From: the human T2T-CHM13v2.0 reference genome, Homo sapiens
Length of the DNA stretch: 64,000 nucleotides
Direction: 5' to 3' (one strand)
Assembly (NCBI RefSeq): GCF_009914755.1
Contig: NC_060933.1
The position numbers and the translations under genes are program-made. This document shows positions 13,777 to 28,429 of the stretch, one piece after another. Each line of letters opens with the position of its first letter. The stretch's first letter is position 1. The notes beneath the pieces are model-generated. The model had not been told where the DNA came from. It saw only the letters and a program-made list of their open reading frames with translations, and made no database searches.

Positions 13777-15629
13777 TGGTCTAGGTCTATTTTCACCACT
13801 GGCTTGAATTCTGGTGGACACATTCAATCTGAAATTCATACACTTTAACTCTTACTCATTTCAAAAAGTTATTTATATATATCATACTTCATTGTATTTT
13901 TTTCTTTTCCCAAATGCCTGTATTTTGTTGCTGGCCCTATAGGACCAATTATTTAACTCATTAAACTTTCCCTTTCTCATTCCCAACTCTGTTTACACTA
14001 ACTTTTCTGGAGATGCAGTCAGCTTTACCTTCCAAATCTCCCATTAAGTTATATATTTCTGCAATAAATTTCTTAATTTTTAAGAATCCTATTTTTTTGA
14101 ATATCCATTTTATATCACATCTGGCTCTTGTTGTATTATCTTATCTTCCCTCTCTGAGGAAATTAATAATTACTTTTTTCCCACACTGTATAGACTCTGT
14201 TTACTTTCAGTTGTTTTTTTTATTTTTTGTTTCTGTGTTTGTTATTGGCTGTACCTAGAATCTCGTGATTGTTGGTTATCTGTTTGTGTTCAAGAACAAT
14301 ACAATAAACGTTTACGGTAAGCTTCAGGTTCTTAGGTAATAATTGTCAACTGTGGCTTCCAGACAAGGCAATCAGGTCGAGAAGTTTTCCCAGAAAAGCC
14401 CCTCATGACATATCCACTGGTCTATTCCTTTGGGCTGATCATGATCTTTCAACTAGAGTCTTCCAGTCTTCTCTGAGTGTATAAGACTAATAGACTGTTA
14501 TGTTTTGAATCTAGATAGAGGTGAAATTTGTGGAGATCTAGCTTTCAGTAGTTACTGTTCATTTTGCCCCCCTAATTTATGTATGACCAATGAAGATGAT
14601 ATTGCCAGTACGAAGATTCCCTGTTACCTCTCTAGACAGCAAATACCTACTTTTCCACCAGCAGAACCTAGAGACATTCACGAGGCTTGATGGAGTGGAC
14701 ATTGGAAACAGTCTTTCAATCAATCTTCCTGGGTTTTAGCCCTACCTTTACTTCTACTTTCAGAGGTATCCCGTGCAACCAATTTATGAACATTTTGTAG
14801 AATCAGATTTCCCCACTACTTACAATTTTGCACTTTTTGATAAGCTAAGTCAGTTACCAGCCATTTATGGACTTCCTATTTTCAAAAATGTTGCTGTTCT
14901 CTTTTTATATCACTTGAATAAGCCATTTGCCATCATGTTATAGTTTCAGGTGGGAAAATAAGTCTCTCTATGTGTTTAACATGCCATATTTGCTCAGGTG
15001 TCTGCATCTACTCTCACCATTTTTTGAAGAAAGGCTAAATTGTTATGACACTAACAACTAGTCTTCATAGTTTGGTTCATAATTTTTAATGGTGTTTCTT
15101 TTTAACAAAATTGGTGGAGTTTTTTTCTTCGTATGTTGATTTTTCTTTTGGTTTTCAGTTGTTTTAAGAAATAAATGGAGGGAGAGATATGCTTCCTTTG
15201 CTCCCATTAACCAAAAGAATAGTTTGAACAACACAGGAATTAACTTTTCCATTAAGTTTAAGAGGACCTGCTTGAGACATAGCTGGGCCTTGAGCTTTTA
15301 AAGGTGCTATAACTTTACACCGGTTTCTTTTTTTCCTATTGTTGGTATCTTCAAATGTTCTCATTTCTGTAGATTTATTTTTATAGTTAAATTCTCCCTA
15401 AAAAATTAACCTCCTTATATATATTTTCAAATATAATGACCAAAAGGTACATATTACATTGTTTTGAAATTTTCAATTATCCAGTTTTCCATTTTTCTTG
15501 TTATATTTTAATAGGCTCTCTCTTTTTTATCATCTAATTTATTTGTCTTTTCAAAGATACAATTTTTTGGATTTATTGAAAAATTCCATTGTTGTTGGGA
15601 TGGGAGAAGATTAAATCCTTCAAATAATA

Positions 15630-15968
15630 GGCCAGGCATGGTGTCTCACACCTGTAATCCCAGCAATTTGGGAGGCCAAGGTGGGTGGATCACTTCAGGA
15701 CAGGGGTTCAAGGCCAGCCTGGCCGATATGGTGAAACCCCTTCTCTACTAAAAACACAAAAATACAAAAATTAGCTGGGCATGGTGGCAAGTGCCTGTAG
15801 TCTCAGCTACTTGTGAAACTGAGGCACAAGAAATCACTCAAACCCGGGAGGTGGAGTTGTATTGAGCCAAGATTGTGCCACTGCACTCCAGTCTGGGTGA
15901 GAGAGCAAGACTCTTTCTCAAACAAACAAACAAACAAACAAACAAGCAAAAACAAAACAAAACAAAAA
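15630..15968 (+). mobile_element. AluS with (AAAC)n tail
   Basis: Full Alu dimer from GGCCAGGCATGG; AAATAATA on both flanks. Confidence 0.93.
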
Positions 15969-16083
15969 AGAACTTTAAATAATAGTATATTGTTTTGCAC
16001 ATTATGAGATCAATAGATATTTATTGTAAAATGCACAAATAGTGCAACATTTCTTAAAGTAGACAGTGAAATACTTCATGTTG

Positions 16084-16300
16084 CCATGTTTCTCCAAGAG
16101 GTACTATTGGGACTTCATACGAAGCAATTCTTCCTTATACAGGACTGTTTGTCTCAATGCACTGTTTGGCCCAATGCATGCTGCATGCGATCTCTACCCT
16201 TTACTTGTAAGTGATCGTCATGTCTCCATCACTGATACAACCAAAAATAACCTACATTTCCAAAATCACTCCAAAGGAATGGTCCTGAGAAAGATTTGAA
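16084..16300. mobile_element. Possible hAT-Charlie MITE (MER3/MER20/MER5-like)
   Basis: GGTACTATTGG...CAATTCTT...CAGGACTGT...ACAACCAAAAAT...ACATTTCCAAA pattern. Confidence 0.4.
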
Positions 16301-17431
16301 AATTCTCAACTCCTCAGATTAGATCTCTATTAAATAATTGAACAAGTGTGCTAACTAATATTTGCAAAGCTGTTCATTATACAAGTTCATAAAAAAATGC
16401 AAAGATGGTAATGACATAAATTTTCAATAGATATGTTTTATAAAAATATTGGTAAAAATTAACAATTTACAGTCATTTTAAATGATGGCAAGATATCCAA
16501 TGTATTTTCGAATGAAATATGAGGTCACTACAAATCATAATTAGCATAATCCCATTTTTAAAAAGTACACATATGCGTTTTTTTGAGTGAGAGTATTTGA
16601 GTTCTAATTAAATATTTGTCGGTGGATTTCTAAGGAATAGAGGAAATGATGAGGCATGTGGGATTGTAGAGAGAGGGAGATTTCAGTTTACATTTAATTC
16701 ACTCCTGGAGTGTTTGAGTTTTTGTAATAAAACATTATAAAACGTTATATCATTTACAGTATGATCACTTATAAACTTTCATTTCAATTAAAAGGAAATT
16801 TTTAAAAAGAGGACTACCAAATAACTACTGCAGCCATTGTAGTTTCATAAATGTCTTTTTCCTTCCTTCATGTTGTGTTAATGTGTGCCTGGTAGGTCAA
16901 GACCCAGATTTGACACTGTGTACAGTCAGGATATAAGTATCAAAACAGAAGATTACCTATGTGGGTACCCTAGCTTCACCATTCCTGAGCAAGTTGGGAA
17001 GCCATAGGGTCTAACTCTCTCAATATGCACTAATGAAACAGAGATACTTTTGCCAAATGATATTCTTCTTGATGGTAAAAATATTAGCTAACATTTGTTA
17101 GCTGACAAAAGTGAAGTATATTAAATATGCTAAGGGAAACTGTGGTTCAAGTGATAGAGATTTTTAATTCTTTTTGAGATCATGTTATTATACCCATGAC
17201 AAGGTAAGTTTGATTCAGAATAATTTCTGCCAAAATAAAGGATGCTGTTGATGGCCTGCTCATCCCCTGCCTATTGACTGTTATTCTCAAGCTCAAAAAA
17301 AATTAAAATTTTTAAATAACAGGATAAGAAATACGAGTAAGCTCTGCCTTTTGTGGGGCATGTTGAAAATATGGAAGAAATTCAGAAAGGACATAGGAAT
17401 AGATGAGAAAAGAAAAATATATATTGGCCAT

Positions 17432-17803
17432 TGATTTGGTTTGGCTCTGTGTCCTCACCCAAATCTCATCTCGAATTGTAATCCCCACATGTAAAGGAAG
17501 GAACCTGGTGGGAGGTGATTGGATCATGCGAGCAGCTTCCCCCATGCTGTTCTCATGATAATGAGTTAAGTTCTCAAGAGATCTGATAGGTTTATAAGTG
17601 TTTGACAGTTCCCCCTTCACATGCTTACTTTCTCCCTTGCCTGCCACCATAGAAGACATGTCTGCTTCTCCTCCCACCATCATGGTAAGTTTTCTGAGGC
17701 CTCTCCAGCATGCAGAACTGTGAGTCAATTAAACCTTTTTTCCTTTATAAATTACCCAGTCTCAGGAAAGTCTTTTATGACAGTGTGAAAATGGACTAAT
17801 ACA
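17432..17803 (+). mobile_element. THE1 (THE1C/D-like) solo LTR
   Basis: TGATTTGGTTTGGCTCTGTGTCCTCACCCAAATCTCATCT...GGACTAATACA. 5-bp TSD GCCAT at 17427-17431 and 17804-17808. Confidence 0.93.
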
Positions 17804-18983
17804 GCCATGAAAAATGAATATTGGTTAAATGGTAGGAATAAGAAAGAACATTATTGGCATAGAGAGTACAAAAGGAAAGCCATGGGGTTGGACCTAAAAA
17901 GAATACAAAGGAAGAGGAGAGAAGAGTACTCATTGTGCTCAGGAGCTGAATTGGGAATTTTTTTGCAGAACCAAGAAATACCAAACTTAGTGAACTATTG
18001 TGGGACCAGTGAATAAAGAAATATTAAAGCAATGAAAAATAATTTAAGTAAATATGGAAGAAAAATAAAGAATATCTGTATATTTTTGATCAAAGGATGT
18101 AATGATTAAAGTTACATTATAAATTATTCTATCTATGGAATTAATTATGTATTAAAAAGAATAAAAGTCAGACAAACTAAACTTCTCTCATTCTTCATTT
18201 TGGAACTTAAAGAACTTATGTATCTAAGTTAATCAGATATTTTTATGTTATTTTTACAAAAATAATTTACAAAATTAATTTAGTAATACTTTTATTGCCT
18301 GTTTTCTATAAAAATAAATTGTAAGATTTTACTACCTCAGATAACTTTTGCTATAAGTCAATCTATGTCTTCCAAGAAAATCTCTTGGTCAGGGCTCATA
18401 CTTCTCCACCATGTTTCAGATTTGATTTCTTTTCATAGAGTTAAGATTTGTTACTGTGCCCCCTTAAATTGAAATAGATGTAATTAATGTGGCTACAGTG
18501 AGATTCATCTTCAATATAGTAATTGTGTTCTGAAACAGTCATCTTAAAATGAAATATCTTCTCCTCTAACTGGAGTCTTTCATTTACAGTTAACTTAAAC
18601 TTTTAGTCTTTACACTGGAAACTCTTCTTTAAAGAAGATATGACTATTTTGTTCTCATAAAAGCTAGACTCTTGCAGAAGACAGAAACTGCAACGACAGG
18701 AAGATTAATGTGGATCCTGGAATCTAGAAAGTTGTCTACAGACTATTTAAAACGGTTACTGTAAGAAAGCTCAAAAAGAGAACAATCATTCAGAATAGGA
18801 AGAAATAGAAACCCTTAAACAATTAAAATAACATTACCAGGTGTGTATAGTCAGAGGGAGAGAATTTGCCTATATTATTCTGGGGAAAAAATAAAATATT
18901 TATGTATAACATCATAGAAATGTAAATGGAGATGTTAAACTTCTCTGATGGGTAGTTTTAGAAAAATTTTAAAAATTGAAAAG

Positions 18984-19278
18984 TTTTTTTTTTGAGACGG
19001 AGTCTCGCTGTGTCACCCAGGCTGGAGTGCAGTGGCACCACCTCGGCTCACTGCTAGCTCAGCCTCCCGGGTTCATGCCATTCTCCTGCCTCAGCCTCTC
19101 GAGTGGCGGGACTACAGGTGCCGCCACCACTCCTGGCTAATCTTTTTTTTTTGTATTTTTATTAGAGACGGGGTTTCACCCTGTTAGCCAGGATGGTCTC
19201 AATCTTCTGACCTCGTGATCCGCCTGCCTCGACCTCCCAAAGTGCTGGGAATACAGGCACAAGCCACCGCGCAGGGCC
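18984..19278 (-). mobile_element. AluY/Sc element
   Basis: Reverse-complement Alu with GTTAGCCAGGATGGTCTC and GACCTCGTGATCCG. Confidence 0.93.
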
Positions 19279-19539
19279 AAGATTATTATTTTAATGTGTG
19301 AAAATTAATATTGAATTCTTGTGTTTATATAATATGGTGTCCTATAATTTCTGTTTGGAATATAAAATCAGCAACTAGTGTGTATTTTCAAAGCATTATA
19401 AATACAGAGTGCTAAGTGACCTCACTGTGAAATGTAGTCATATAAAGAATATAATAATTATACTGGATTCTTTTTAAATGGGCTGTCTAACATTATATTA
19501 AAAGGTATCTCCAGTAATTCATTATATCCAAATGCTCCA

Positions 19540-19839
19540 GGCAGGGCGTGGTGGCTTACACCTGTAATCCCAGCATTTTGGGAGTTCGAGGTGGGCAGAT
19601 CCCTTGAGGTTGGGAGTTGGAGACCAGCCTGGCCAACATGGTGAAACCCCATCTCTAATAAAATAAAACAAAAAATTAGCTGGATGTGGTGGTGGGCAAC
19701 TGTAATCTCAGCTAATCAGGAGGCTGAGACAGGATAATTGCTTGGACTTGGAAGGCAGAGTTTGCAGTTTGCCAAGATCACATGGCCCCACTCCAGCCTG
19801 GGTGATAGAGCAAGACTCAGTCTCAAGGAAAAAAGAAAA
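19540..19839 (+). mobile_element. AluS element
   Basis: Full dimer, head-to-head with the previous Alu about 260 bp away. Confidence 0.92.
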
Positions 19840-20904
19840 GCTCAAAAAATGTTTGCTTATTTTGGTAAAATTATTCATTGACTATGCTCAGAAATCAAGC
19901 AAACTGTCCATATTTCATTTTTAGAAATTACATATTAAAGATCTAAAACAAAGGATAAAATATATGCAAAAATATTTGTATTTCTGGATAAATTAGTTTC
20001 CTGAGTTAACTCCTTGACTGTTGACATTGAATCTATTTTAAATTAAACAAGGTGCTGATAAAACAAAAGACAAAGAAAGAAATTCAAAATAAAATTGAAA
20101 GATGAAATCAGAGCTTACCAGAGGTAAAATTTCCTCTGACAGTGTAAAAGAGATCTTCATACAAAAAGCAGAATTTATATAGTCTCTTTCCAAAAGACCA
20201 TAAAACAAATCAGTTAATAGTTGATTTTTATGTGAAAAAAGAGAGTGTAAAAGAAAAAATAATGACACCAAAATCCCTTTTAAATTCAAAGAGTCATAAA
20301 GTTTCAAAAATGTAATTCAGATAAGAAATTAATGTCAGCCACATTCCTCCACAGTAAAGGTTTGCATCAACTTTTCACGTAATAGTTTTAGCATTCATTA
20401 AAAACTTGTTTCAACCATTATTTTACTAGGTGTTATAACAGGGTACTACATTCTTTCATTTTTTTCTTCATTTATTAACTGGAATAATTTCTTTTTTTTT
20501 TCAAAGAGGGAATTCTGTAATTGCAACACCATCTTTTAATCTCTGCTCTTTATTCTCTTTTCTTTCCAGTTTAATTGTAGCAATTTTGATTTATTTCCTT
20601 AATAAAAAGTCCAAGAAAAAATCTAGTATATATTTCATGTTTTTGGTCTGACATTTAATTCATAGAACTAAGTACAACACTAAACCTCACAATATGCTTT
20701 AGCCCTTGTCATTTTCACTTTGAAATATGTTTATTAAAAACTAAAGAAATGACTTAAATATAGCCTTCTAACTTAGCCCATTCAATCTAGAAGGTTCTTT
20801 AAAAAATAGGCTATAGAGCAATGACAATACATGTTAAGATTTTAGGGATCTTTTTGTTAAAAGTGTTGTATTAATATATTACTATAGTAATAATAACAAA
20901 TTGT

Positions 20905-21122
20905 TTATTTATTTTCTTTCTTTGTTTTTTATTTTATTCATTTATTTATTTATTTATTTATTATTATACTTTAAGTTTTAGGGTACATGTGCACATTGTG
21001 CAGGTTAGTTACATACGTATACATGTGCCATGCTGGTGTGCTGCACCCACTAACTCGTCATCTAGCATTAGGTATATCTCCCAATGCTATCCCTCCCCCC
21101 TCCCCCCACCCCACAACAGTCC
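20905..21122 (-). mobile_element. Very short L1PA2/3 3'UTR fragment
   Basis: T-rich tail, then TATACTTTAAGTTTTAGGGTACATGTGCAC...CCCCACAACAGTCC. No TSD evident. Confidence 0.92.
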
Positions 21123-24100
21123 ACATTTCCTCCCAAATGTGTATTGATTACACCAAAACACAGTTTGGACAGGAAAACAAGATAAGTAGACAAATGCTTG
21201 ATTTTTATACCCCTCCCCACTTTTCACAATAATTAAGTAGTGTTTCAACAAACTTTAGTAGTGATTAAAAACTTATTTCCCATAGTAAAAAATTTAAATA
21301 TTTGTAAGTAAATGATAAATAATAATTTATCCAGTATTTCATGAGTACCTATAATCAGCCAGGATCCATTCTCCCACACTGCGGGGAAAGGAGCCCAGTT
21401 TAAAATTCCTGTCAGGACACCAGCAAGATGATGAAATAGAAAGCCTCAAAGCCCCTCCACCCTCCTCTCCAAGGAGACACCAGCTCGATAATAATACACA
21501 GATAAATCCCCTTTGTGAAAAGTACAGAGGCGAATTTAAAGACTCTGGATTCCCTGTTAGGCTTCAAGCCAGGCACATCAAAACCAGCAGGTAAATTTGT
21601 TGCACTCACTCATCCTCCCTCAGCAGTACAACGCAATGGAGAGAAAGCTCCAAACTCCCAGCTCATCTCTAGGGAGAGAAAGAAAAGGCTAGACCATATG
21701 TCCAACATTTTGACTTTTTGGGAGGGCACTAGCACCTATCTACCCTGAATCTGAGTGCTAACAGGAAAGGATGCCAGATTGCATGCCTGCTGATAAAGCC
21801 ACAGTTTGGACTGTCACTCAATCACCATCATTCCTCCTGTGACTCAGTATAACAAGATTGGGAGAATACTCTACACTTCCTGATTCCCCCACAGAAATGA
21901 AAGAGAATACTGAAACACTCATTCAGTGTTCAGACTTCAGGGGAGTTGCCAAGTGATTGTTTTCTGTCTTGCCTGAATTTAAGCGCTAACAGGAAAGCTT
22001 TCCAGGTTGGGGATATTAAGAACAAATGAGTTGAGGCAGTTTGAGTTAGCATACATTCAGTTATCATACTATCCTTCCCTGGATCAATATGCAATGAGTG
22101 GGAGAAAACCCTCAATTCCTGGCTTCCCCTTGGAGAAGGAAAAAGCTGGAGCGTGCATCCAGAATTCCAACTTTTCCCAGTCAGCCTGACGGACTGTTTC
22201 CTGTCTGACCGAATACTCTTGATGTCTGAGGACTGCTGAGAACAAAAGAGAGCTAGGGGGTTATAGCAACTCCAGATAACCTACAGTACTATAGATAGAT
22301 AACAAAGAGAGCAACAGATTACCCGCTCCTGAAGAAAGACCTGCAAATTTTTCTAAGAATTTACACACAATTCCAGAGACAATACATTCACGGAAAGATT
22401 TAACACACTTCAGAATCACTAGCTGGGCTGACTGGTGAAAGGATTTTCCAGTGCAAAACCAGTCTGTAAAGACAGGGAGAAATGGTTATTTTTTTCCAAT
22501 CCTAGAATCGCAGCACAAAATTAAAATGCACACAAGGAAACAGGGAAAAATGGCCCAATAAAAGGAACAAAATAAGTTTCAAATATCAACCCTTCAAAAA
22601 TGGAGGTATATAAATTATCTGGCAAAGTGACATATCCTGACATATTCTCCAGGATAGATCACATGTTAGGTCACAAAACAAGTCTTAACAAATTTAAGAC
22701 AAAGGAAATGAAGAACCTGTTTTGACCAAAAGTAGGATGAAGCAAAAATTCAATAGTAGAAGGAAAACTGAAACATTTACAAATATATGGAAATTAAAAA
22801 ACATACAATTGGACAACCAATGAGTCAAAGAAGAAATCAAAAAGAATATTAGAAAACAAGCTGACAAAAAAAAAATAAAAAACACAACATAGCAAAACTT
22901 AGAAATGCAGCAAAGGCAGGACTAAAGAGGGAAATTTATAGCAATAAATGCCTACCTTAAAAAAGAAGAAGGATCTCAAATAAACAATCTAACATTACAA
23001 CTCAAGGAACTAAAAAAGAAGAACTAAGCCCAAACCCAGCAAAAGGAAGGAAATAATAAAGATTAAAGCAAATAAAGGATATTTTCACACACATATTTTC
23101 ATTATAACCAGAAAGTAGAACCAATACAAGTGAATAGATTTAAAAAAACTGTGGTATTACTATACAATGGAATATGGCAATTAAAAAGAGAAAAGACTCA
23201 ACCAAATAAAATAAAAAATGAAAAAGTAGACATTGCAATTGATGCCACAGAAATAAGAAAAGATTATAAGAGACTGCTGTGAATGATTATGGTAGTAATT
23301 GGATAACCTAGAAAAAAAATCAAATTACTGGAAATATACAACCCACAACACTGAATCAAGAAGAAATAAAAATATGAACAAATCTATAGCTAGTAAGGTG
23401 TTTAAATTAGTAATCAAAAATCTTCCAGCAAAGAAAATCTCAGGCGCAGGTGACTTTACTAGAGAATTCTGCCAACATTTAAGGAAGAATTAATGCTAAT
23501 ACTTCTCAAACATTTCTAAAAAATTAAAGAAGAAAGAACAATTCTAAACTCCTGCTGTGAAGCAAGCATAACCCTAATATCAAAGCCAGAAAAAAAAGTT
23601 AAACATTCCTAATGAATGTAGATGCAAAATCCTCAACAAATACCAGCAAATTGAATTCAACAGCACTATAAAGTATCATCCACCATAATTATGATGGATT
23701 TGTTCCTGGAATGCAAGAAGGGTTAAACATGTGCAAATCAATATAATATGCCACATTAACAAAACAATTAAAATAACATGTTCATCTCTGTAGATGGAGA
23801 AAGAGCATTTGACAAAATTCAACATTCTCTCATTAGAAAAACACTTGAAAAAATAGGAATAGAAGGAAATTATTCCAACAGAATAAAGGCCATGTGTAAA
23901 AACCCACAGCTCACATAATATTAATGAAGAAAAACTGAAATCTCTTATTCTAAGATCAGGATCAGGAACAATGCAAGGATGCCTTTATGAAGTACATAAA
24001 GTCCCAGCTAAAATAATTAAGCAAGAAAAAGATATAAAAGGCATCCAAATTGGAAAGGAAGAAGTAAAATTTTCTCTATTCACAGAAAACATCATCTTAT

Positions 24101-24536
24101 ATATAAAAAAAACCCTAAAGATTCAACAAAAAGCTCTTAGAACTAATAAAATGAATTCTACTGCAAAATATTGCTGAAAGAAATTAAGGAAGACAGAAGT
24201 AAATGGAAAGCCATCTCATTTTCATGAATTGAAAGAACATTTATAAATTCTAATACTAGCCAAGGCAATTTACAGATTTGATGTAATCCCTATAAAAATT
24301 CCAATGCTAATTTTAGAGAAATAGAAAGGACAATTCTAAAATCCATATGGAACCACAACAGACCCTGAATATCCAAAACAATCCTAAGAAAGAAAAACAA
24401 AGTTAGAGGCCTCACATTTTCTGACTTTGAAATATACTACAAAGCTACAGCAATCCCAATAGTGTGATAATAATGTAAAATTAATCATATAGATGAATGG
24501 AAGACAAAGGATTAGTGGAACAGAATAGAAAGCCCA

Positions 24537-24797
24537 TTGGGAGGCCAAGGCGGGCGGATCATCTAAGGTCAGGAGTTCAAGACCAGCCTGGCTAACATGG
24601 TGAAACCCCGTCTCTATGGAAAAATACAAAAATTAGCTGGGCATGGTTATGGCACCTGTAATTCCAGCTACTCAGGAGGCTGAGGTAGGAGAATCGCTTG
24701 AACCCAGGAGGAAGAGGTTGCAGTGAGCCAAGATCACAACACTGCACTCCCACCTGGGTTACAGAGCAAGACTCCATCTCAAAAAAGAAAGAAAGAA
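24537..24797 (+). mobile_element. 5'-truncated AluS inserted in the L1
   Basis: TSD AGAAAGCCCA at 24527-24536 and 24798-24807. Confidence 0.93.
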
Positions 24798-25776
24798 AGA
24801 AAGCCCAGAAATAAACCCACATGCATATAGTCAAATGATCTTTGAAGAGGGTGCCAAAACTATACAATGGAGAAAGGATAATTTCTTCAACAAATATTGT
24901 TGGGAAAACTGGATATCCATATGCAAAAGAATGAAAGTGAACCCTTATCTTACACTGTTCACAAATGTTAACTTCCAATGGATTGAAGACTTAAATGTAA
25001 AAACTAAAGCTGTAAAGCTCCTACAAGAAAACATAAAGAAAGTTTTTATCACATTGATCATGGCAATAATTCCTTGGATTTGACACCAAAAGCACAGGCA
25101 ACCAAAGCAAAAATAGGTTAGGGTGATTACATCAAGATAAAATGCTTCTGTGAAAAAAAGGAAACAACGGAGTGAACAGGCAGCCTACAGAATTGGAGAA
25201 AATATTTGAAAACTGTATATTTGCTAAGGGCTTAATATCCAAAATATATAAGAAACACCTATAACTCAAAAGCAAATAAACACATAACCCAATTTAAAAA
25301 TGGCTAAATTCTTAAATAGATATTTTTCAGGAAGACATGCAAATGACCAACAGGGATATAAAAAGATACTCAACATCATTAATCATCAGGGAAATGCTAA
25401 TTAAAATCACAACAGGATTTATCACCTCATAACTGTATGATCATTTTTTTAAAAAGGAAAATAGCAAGTGTTGATGAAGATGTGGAGAAATTGAATTAGA
25501 ACCCTATGTACTGTCAGTAGGAATGTAAAATGGTAGAGCCACTATGGAAAACAGTATGGAGGGTCCTCAAAACATTAAAAAATAGACCTACCATATGATG
25601 CAGCAATCCCACTTGTGGGCATTTTTCCAAAATAATTGAATAATTCCAAAATAATTGAAAACAAGATCTTGAAGTGATATTGGCATTCCCATATTCATTA
25701 CAGAATTATTCACAATAGCCAAAAAGTAGAAACAATCTAAAAGTCCATCATCAAATGAACAGATGAAGAAAATATG

Positions 25777-25941
25777 GTGTGTATATATATATATATATGT
25801 ATATGTATATATATGTATATGTATATATATATATGTATATGTATATATATATGTATGTATGATATATGTATGTATGATATATATAGTATGGTATATATAT
25901 GTATGGTGTATATATATGTGTGTATATATATATACACACAC
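25777..25941. repeat. (TA)n/(TATG)n low-complexity expansion within the L1 3' region
   Basis: TATATGTATA repeats; source of the spurious YI/HI ORFs. Confidence 0.93.
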
Positions 25942-26339
25942 AATGGAATATTATTCAGCCTTGAAAAGGGAAATTCTGTCATATTTCAACATGTGTCAAT
26001 CTTAAGGATATTGTGCTAAGTGAAATAAGCCAGACACAAAGACAGATATATCGTGATTCCATTTATATGAGGTATTGAAAGTAGCCAAACACATGGAAAC
26101 AGAAGATAAAATGGTAGTTGTCAGGGCCTGGAGGAAACAGGAAATCTGGAGTTGCTGTTCACCAGGTGTGGAGTTTCAGTCAAGCAAGATAAAAACATTC
26201 TAGATTTCTGCTGTACAACAATGTGTATATCATTAACAAAATGTTCTGCAAACTTAAAATTTTGTTAAGATGGTAGATTTTTTTGTTATGTGTTTTTTAA
26301 TTACAAAAATTTCTGTCTGTATTTAGATTACATTTTAGT

Positions 26340-26905
26340 AAGGAAAGACAAATAAGCTAATAAATGGTAATGATAAATGCTGTAAGGATATCTAGAGCAA
26401 TAAAAGAAGTTATGCATATGGGAGTATAATTTTAGATAGTGAAGATTTCTGTATTCAAATGCCACATGGAAAAAGGACTAAGGGGAATGAGGAGATGAGT
26501 CATATGGAATGCCCAAGACACAGAAGAAGGCAGGCAGTGAAAATAACAAGGATAAAGACACTGAAGTAAAATCATGCTTTCTATATTTCAAAACAGCAGC
26601 AAGGACACTAGTGTGACAGAGAAGGAGTGATCAATGGGAGGCTGCAGATTTTGTCAGAGATATTGTCAAGACTCAGGATCGTACAGGGACTTGTAAGCCT
26701 GGAAAGCACTTTGAATTTTATTCAGAATGAGATGAGAAGCCATTGAAAAGTTTTTAAGCAGATGAATAAAATAATCCACCTTGTATTTTAAGAGGAGCAT
26801 TCTACCTTCTCTGTGGAATAGAGAGGTGGAAGGGCAAAGCTTGAAGCAGAGAGAGCAGTGAAGAGTGTACTGTAATATTCTTATGTGAGAAATAGTGGAG
26901 GGAAT
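26340..26905 (-). mobile_element. L2 fragment
   Basis: Purine-rich L2 motifs TTGAATTTTATTC..AATGAGATGAGAAGCCATTGAAAAGTTTTTAAGCAG. Confidence 0.7.
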
Positions 26906-28429
26906 GAGAAGTGGTCAGCCTTAAACTGCCATTTGCTCTCTGTATCAGGGCTCAGGGACTTTCAGACTCTCCAGGGATTCCTTACAGTTTTTACATTCAT
27001 TTCTCAGTTGCAAACATAATCTCTTCACTCTATGAGAACTCTAGATCTGAATCCTTGTTATGAGTCAGGAGTCCACTCTAGTTTACTCTCTTGTCAGTAA
27101 CTAGACTTGAAATGTTTTGATATTAATTGATGTAGTAATACGATTGGTTAGAGAAATAGCAAAGAGCGAGCATCCCCATCCTATGACCATATCAGCACCA
27201 GAAGAGAAAAAACATCTACACAGTTTTTCCCTTGGCATAGGCCCTGGTATTCTGTTAGGGAACAGGTTATAAAGGAAATACAAAGGGTCTTTGTACTTAC
27301 TTTCAGAATGTATTTTCTTTAACATGAAAAGAATCCAAGGCCTTTTTGCTTCTAATTGCTTTTTGTGTATCTACTACCATCCCTTGCTAAATTATTGAAA
27401 CTTTTCCTCAAATCTCGGCATGATGTCCTACATTCCAAATTTTCAATAGCTGAAAATTTCACCTTTTCAGTGCCTTCATGTTTATCTTAGTAAAAAGTTG
27501 AGAAAGACTGTAATAGAGTTATTTAATCAGATTTTTTTTATCTACAATAATTTTTGAATAAGGGAAAACATCAACACTTTTTCTCCTTATTTGGTAAATA
27601 ATTTCCATAGAGAGGAAAAAAACAATCAAAACAGGTACAAAATATAACAAAACCAAAGGACCATGTGAGTTGAAATTTAAAATGAGAAAAATGTCCACAT
27701 TACTTGGGGCAATGCAACTCCTGGGAAATAGTAACTCAGCACCTGAGAGCTAAATAATTCTACAGGACTAAATATATATTCTGGTGCCCAAGACAAAAAT
27801 GACATCATAGAGAGGTTAGGTCTATTAAAACATATTTGTAGATGTGTAGGTATAAAAATGCTTTTAGAGATGGGGAGAGAAAAAACTCATTTATTTAACA
27901 AGTTCTGTTGAGTGCTTTTCACTAAAAGAGAAACATCACATGTTTATAACACTGAGGATGTAAATTGCAGTACATTTCAAATTACATGAGAAAATAAAGA
28001 AAATATCTGTTTCAAGTCACTGAATAATTCATCCTTATTTAGTGTTTGTCCCTAATTTCTGTGATTTTATGAATAATTCAGAGCAATGATTTTACATTTC
28101 TCTACAGCTGTATTTGGCAAAGGTCCACATTATTTTTGTTGCAAAGATGCAGCCAAGTTTCTTAGAATAGGAACAATGTTTAGAATGTATTTTTTCCATA
28201 ATGAAAAATATTATGAAAGGGGCAACTACAATATAGCTTACAGGGTTCTCTATTGTGATAACTAAAACAGACTTAGCCTCAAGTAAAATTGACATCTTGC
28301 TAACTGTTGGTGGTGAAGGAGTAAGAAGACAACATTGAACCAGACTGGGGAAAGATGAATTCAAATTAGTTAGAGATTTGTCACCCAAAGCAAGACAAAT
28401 TCAAGCTTGAACTGAGTTGACAGTGATAG

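Larger units (their letters stand above)
21412..26310 (+). mobile_element. Degenerate, internally deleted L1MA/L1MB LINE-1 (5' region, ORF2, 3' end)
   Basis: ORF2-like fragments (KQEKDIKGIQIGKEEVKFSLF; [33 protein letters not shown]) and an L1MB-type 3' end. Confidence 0.85.

Noticed and set aside
25588-26019. YI/HI-rich ORFs
   Set aside because: They are translations of the (TA)n microsatellite.
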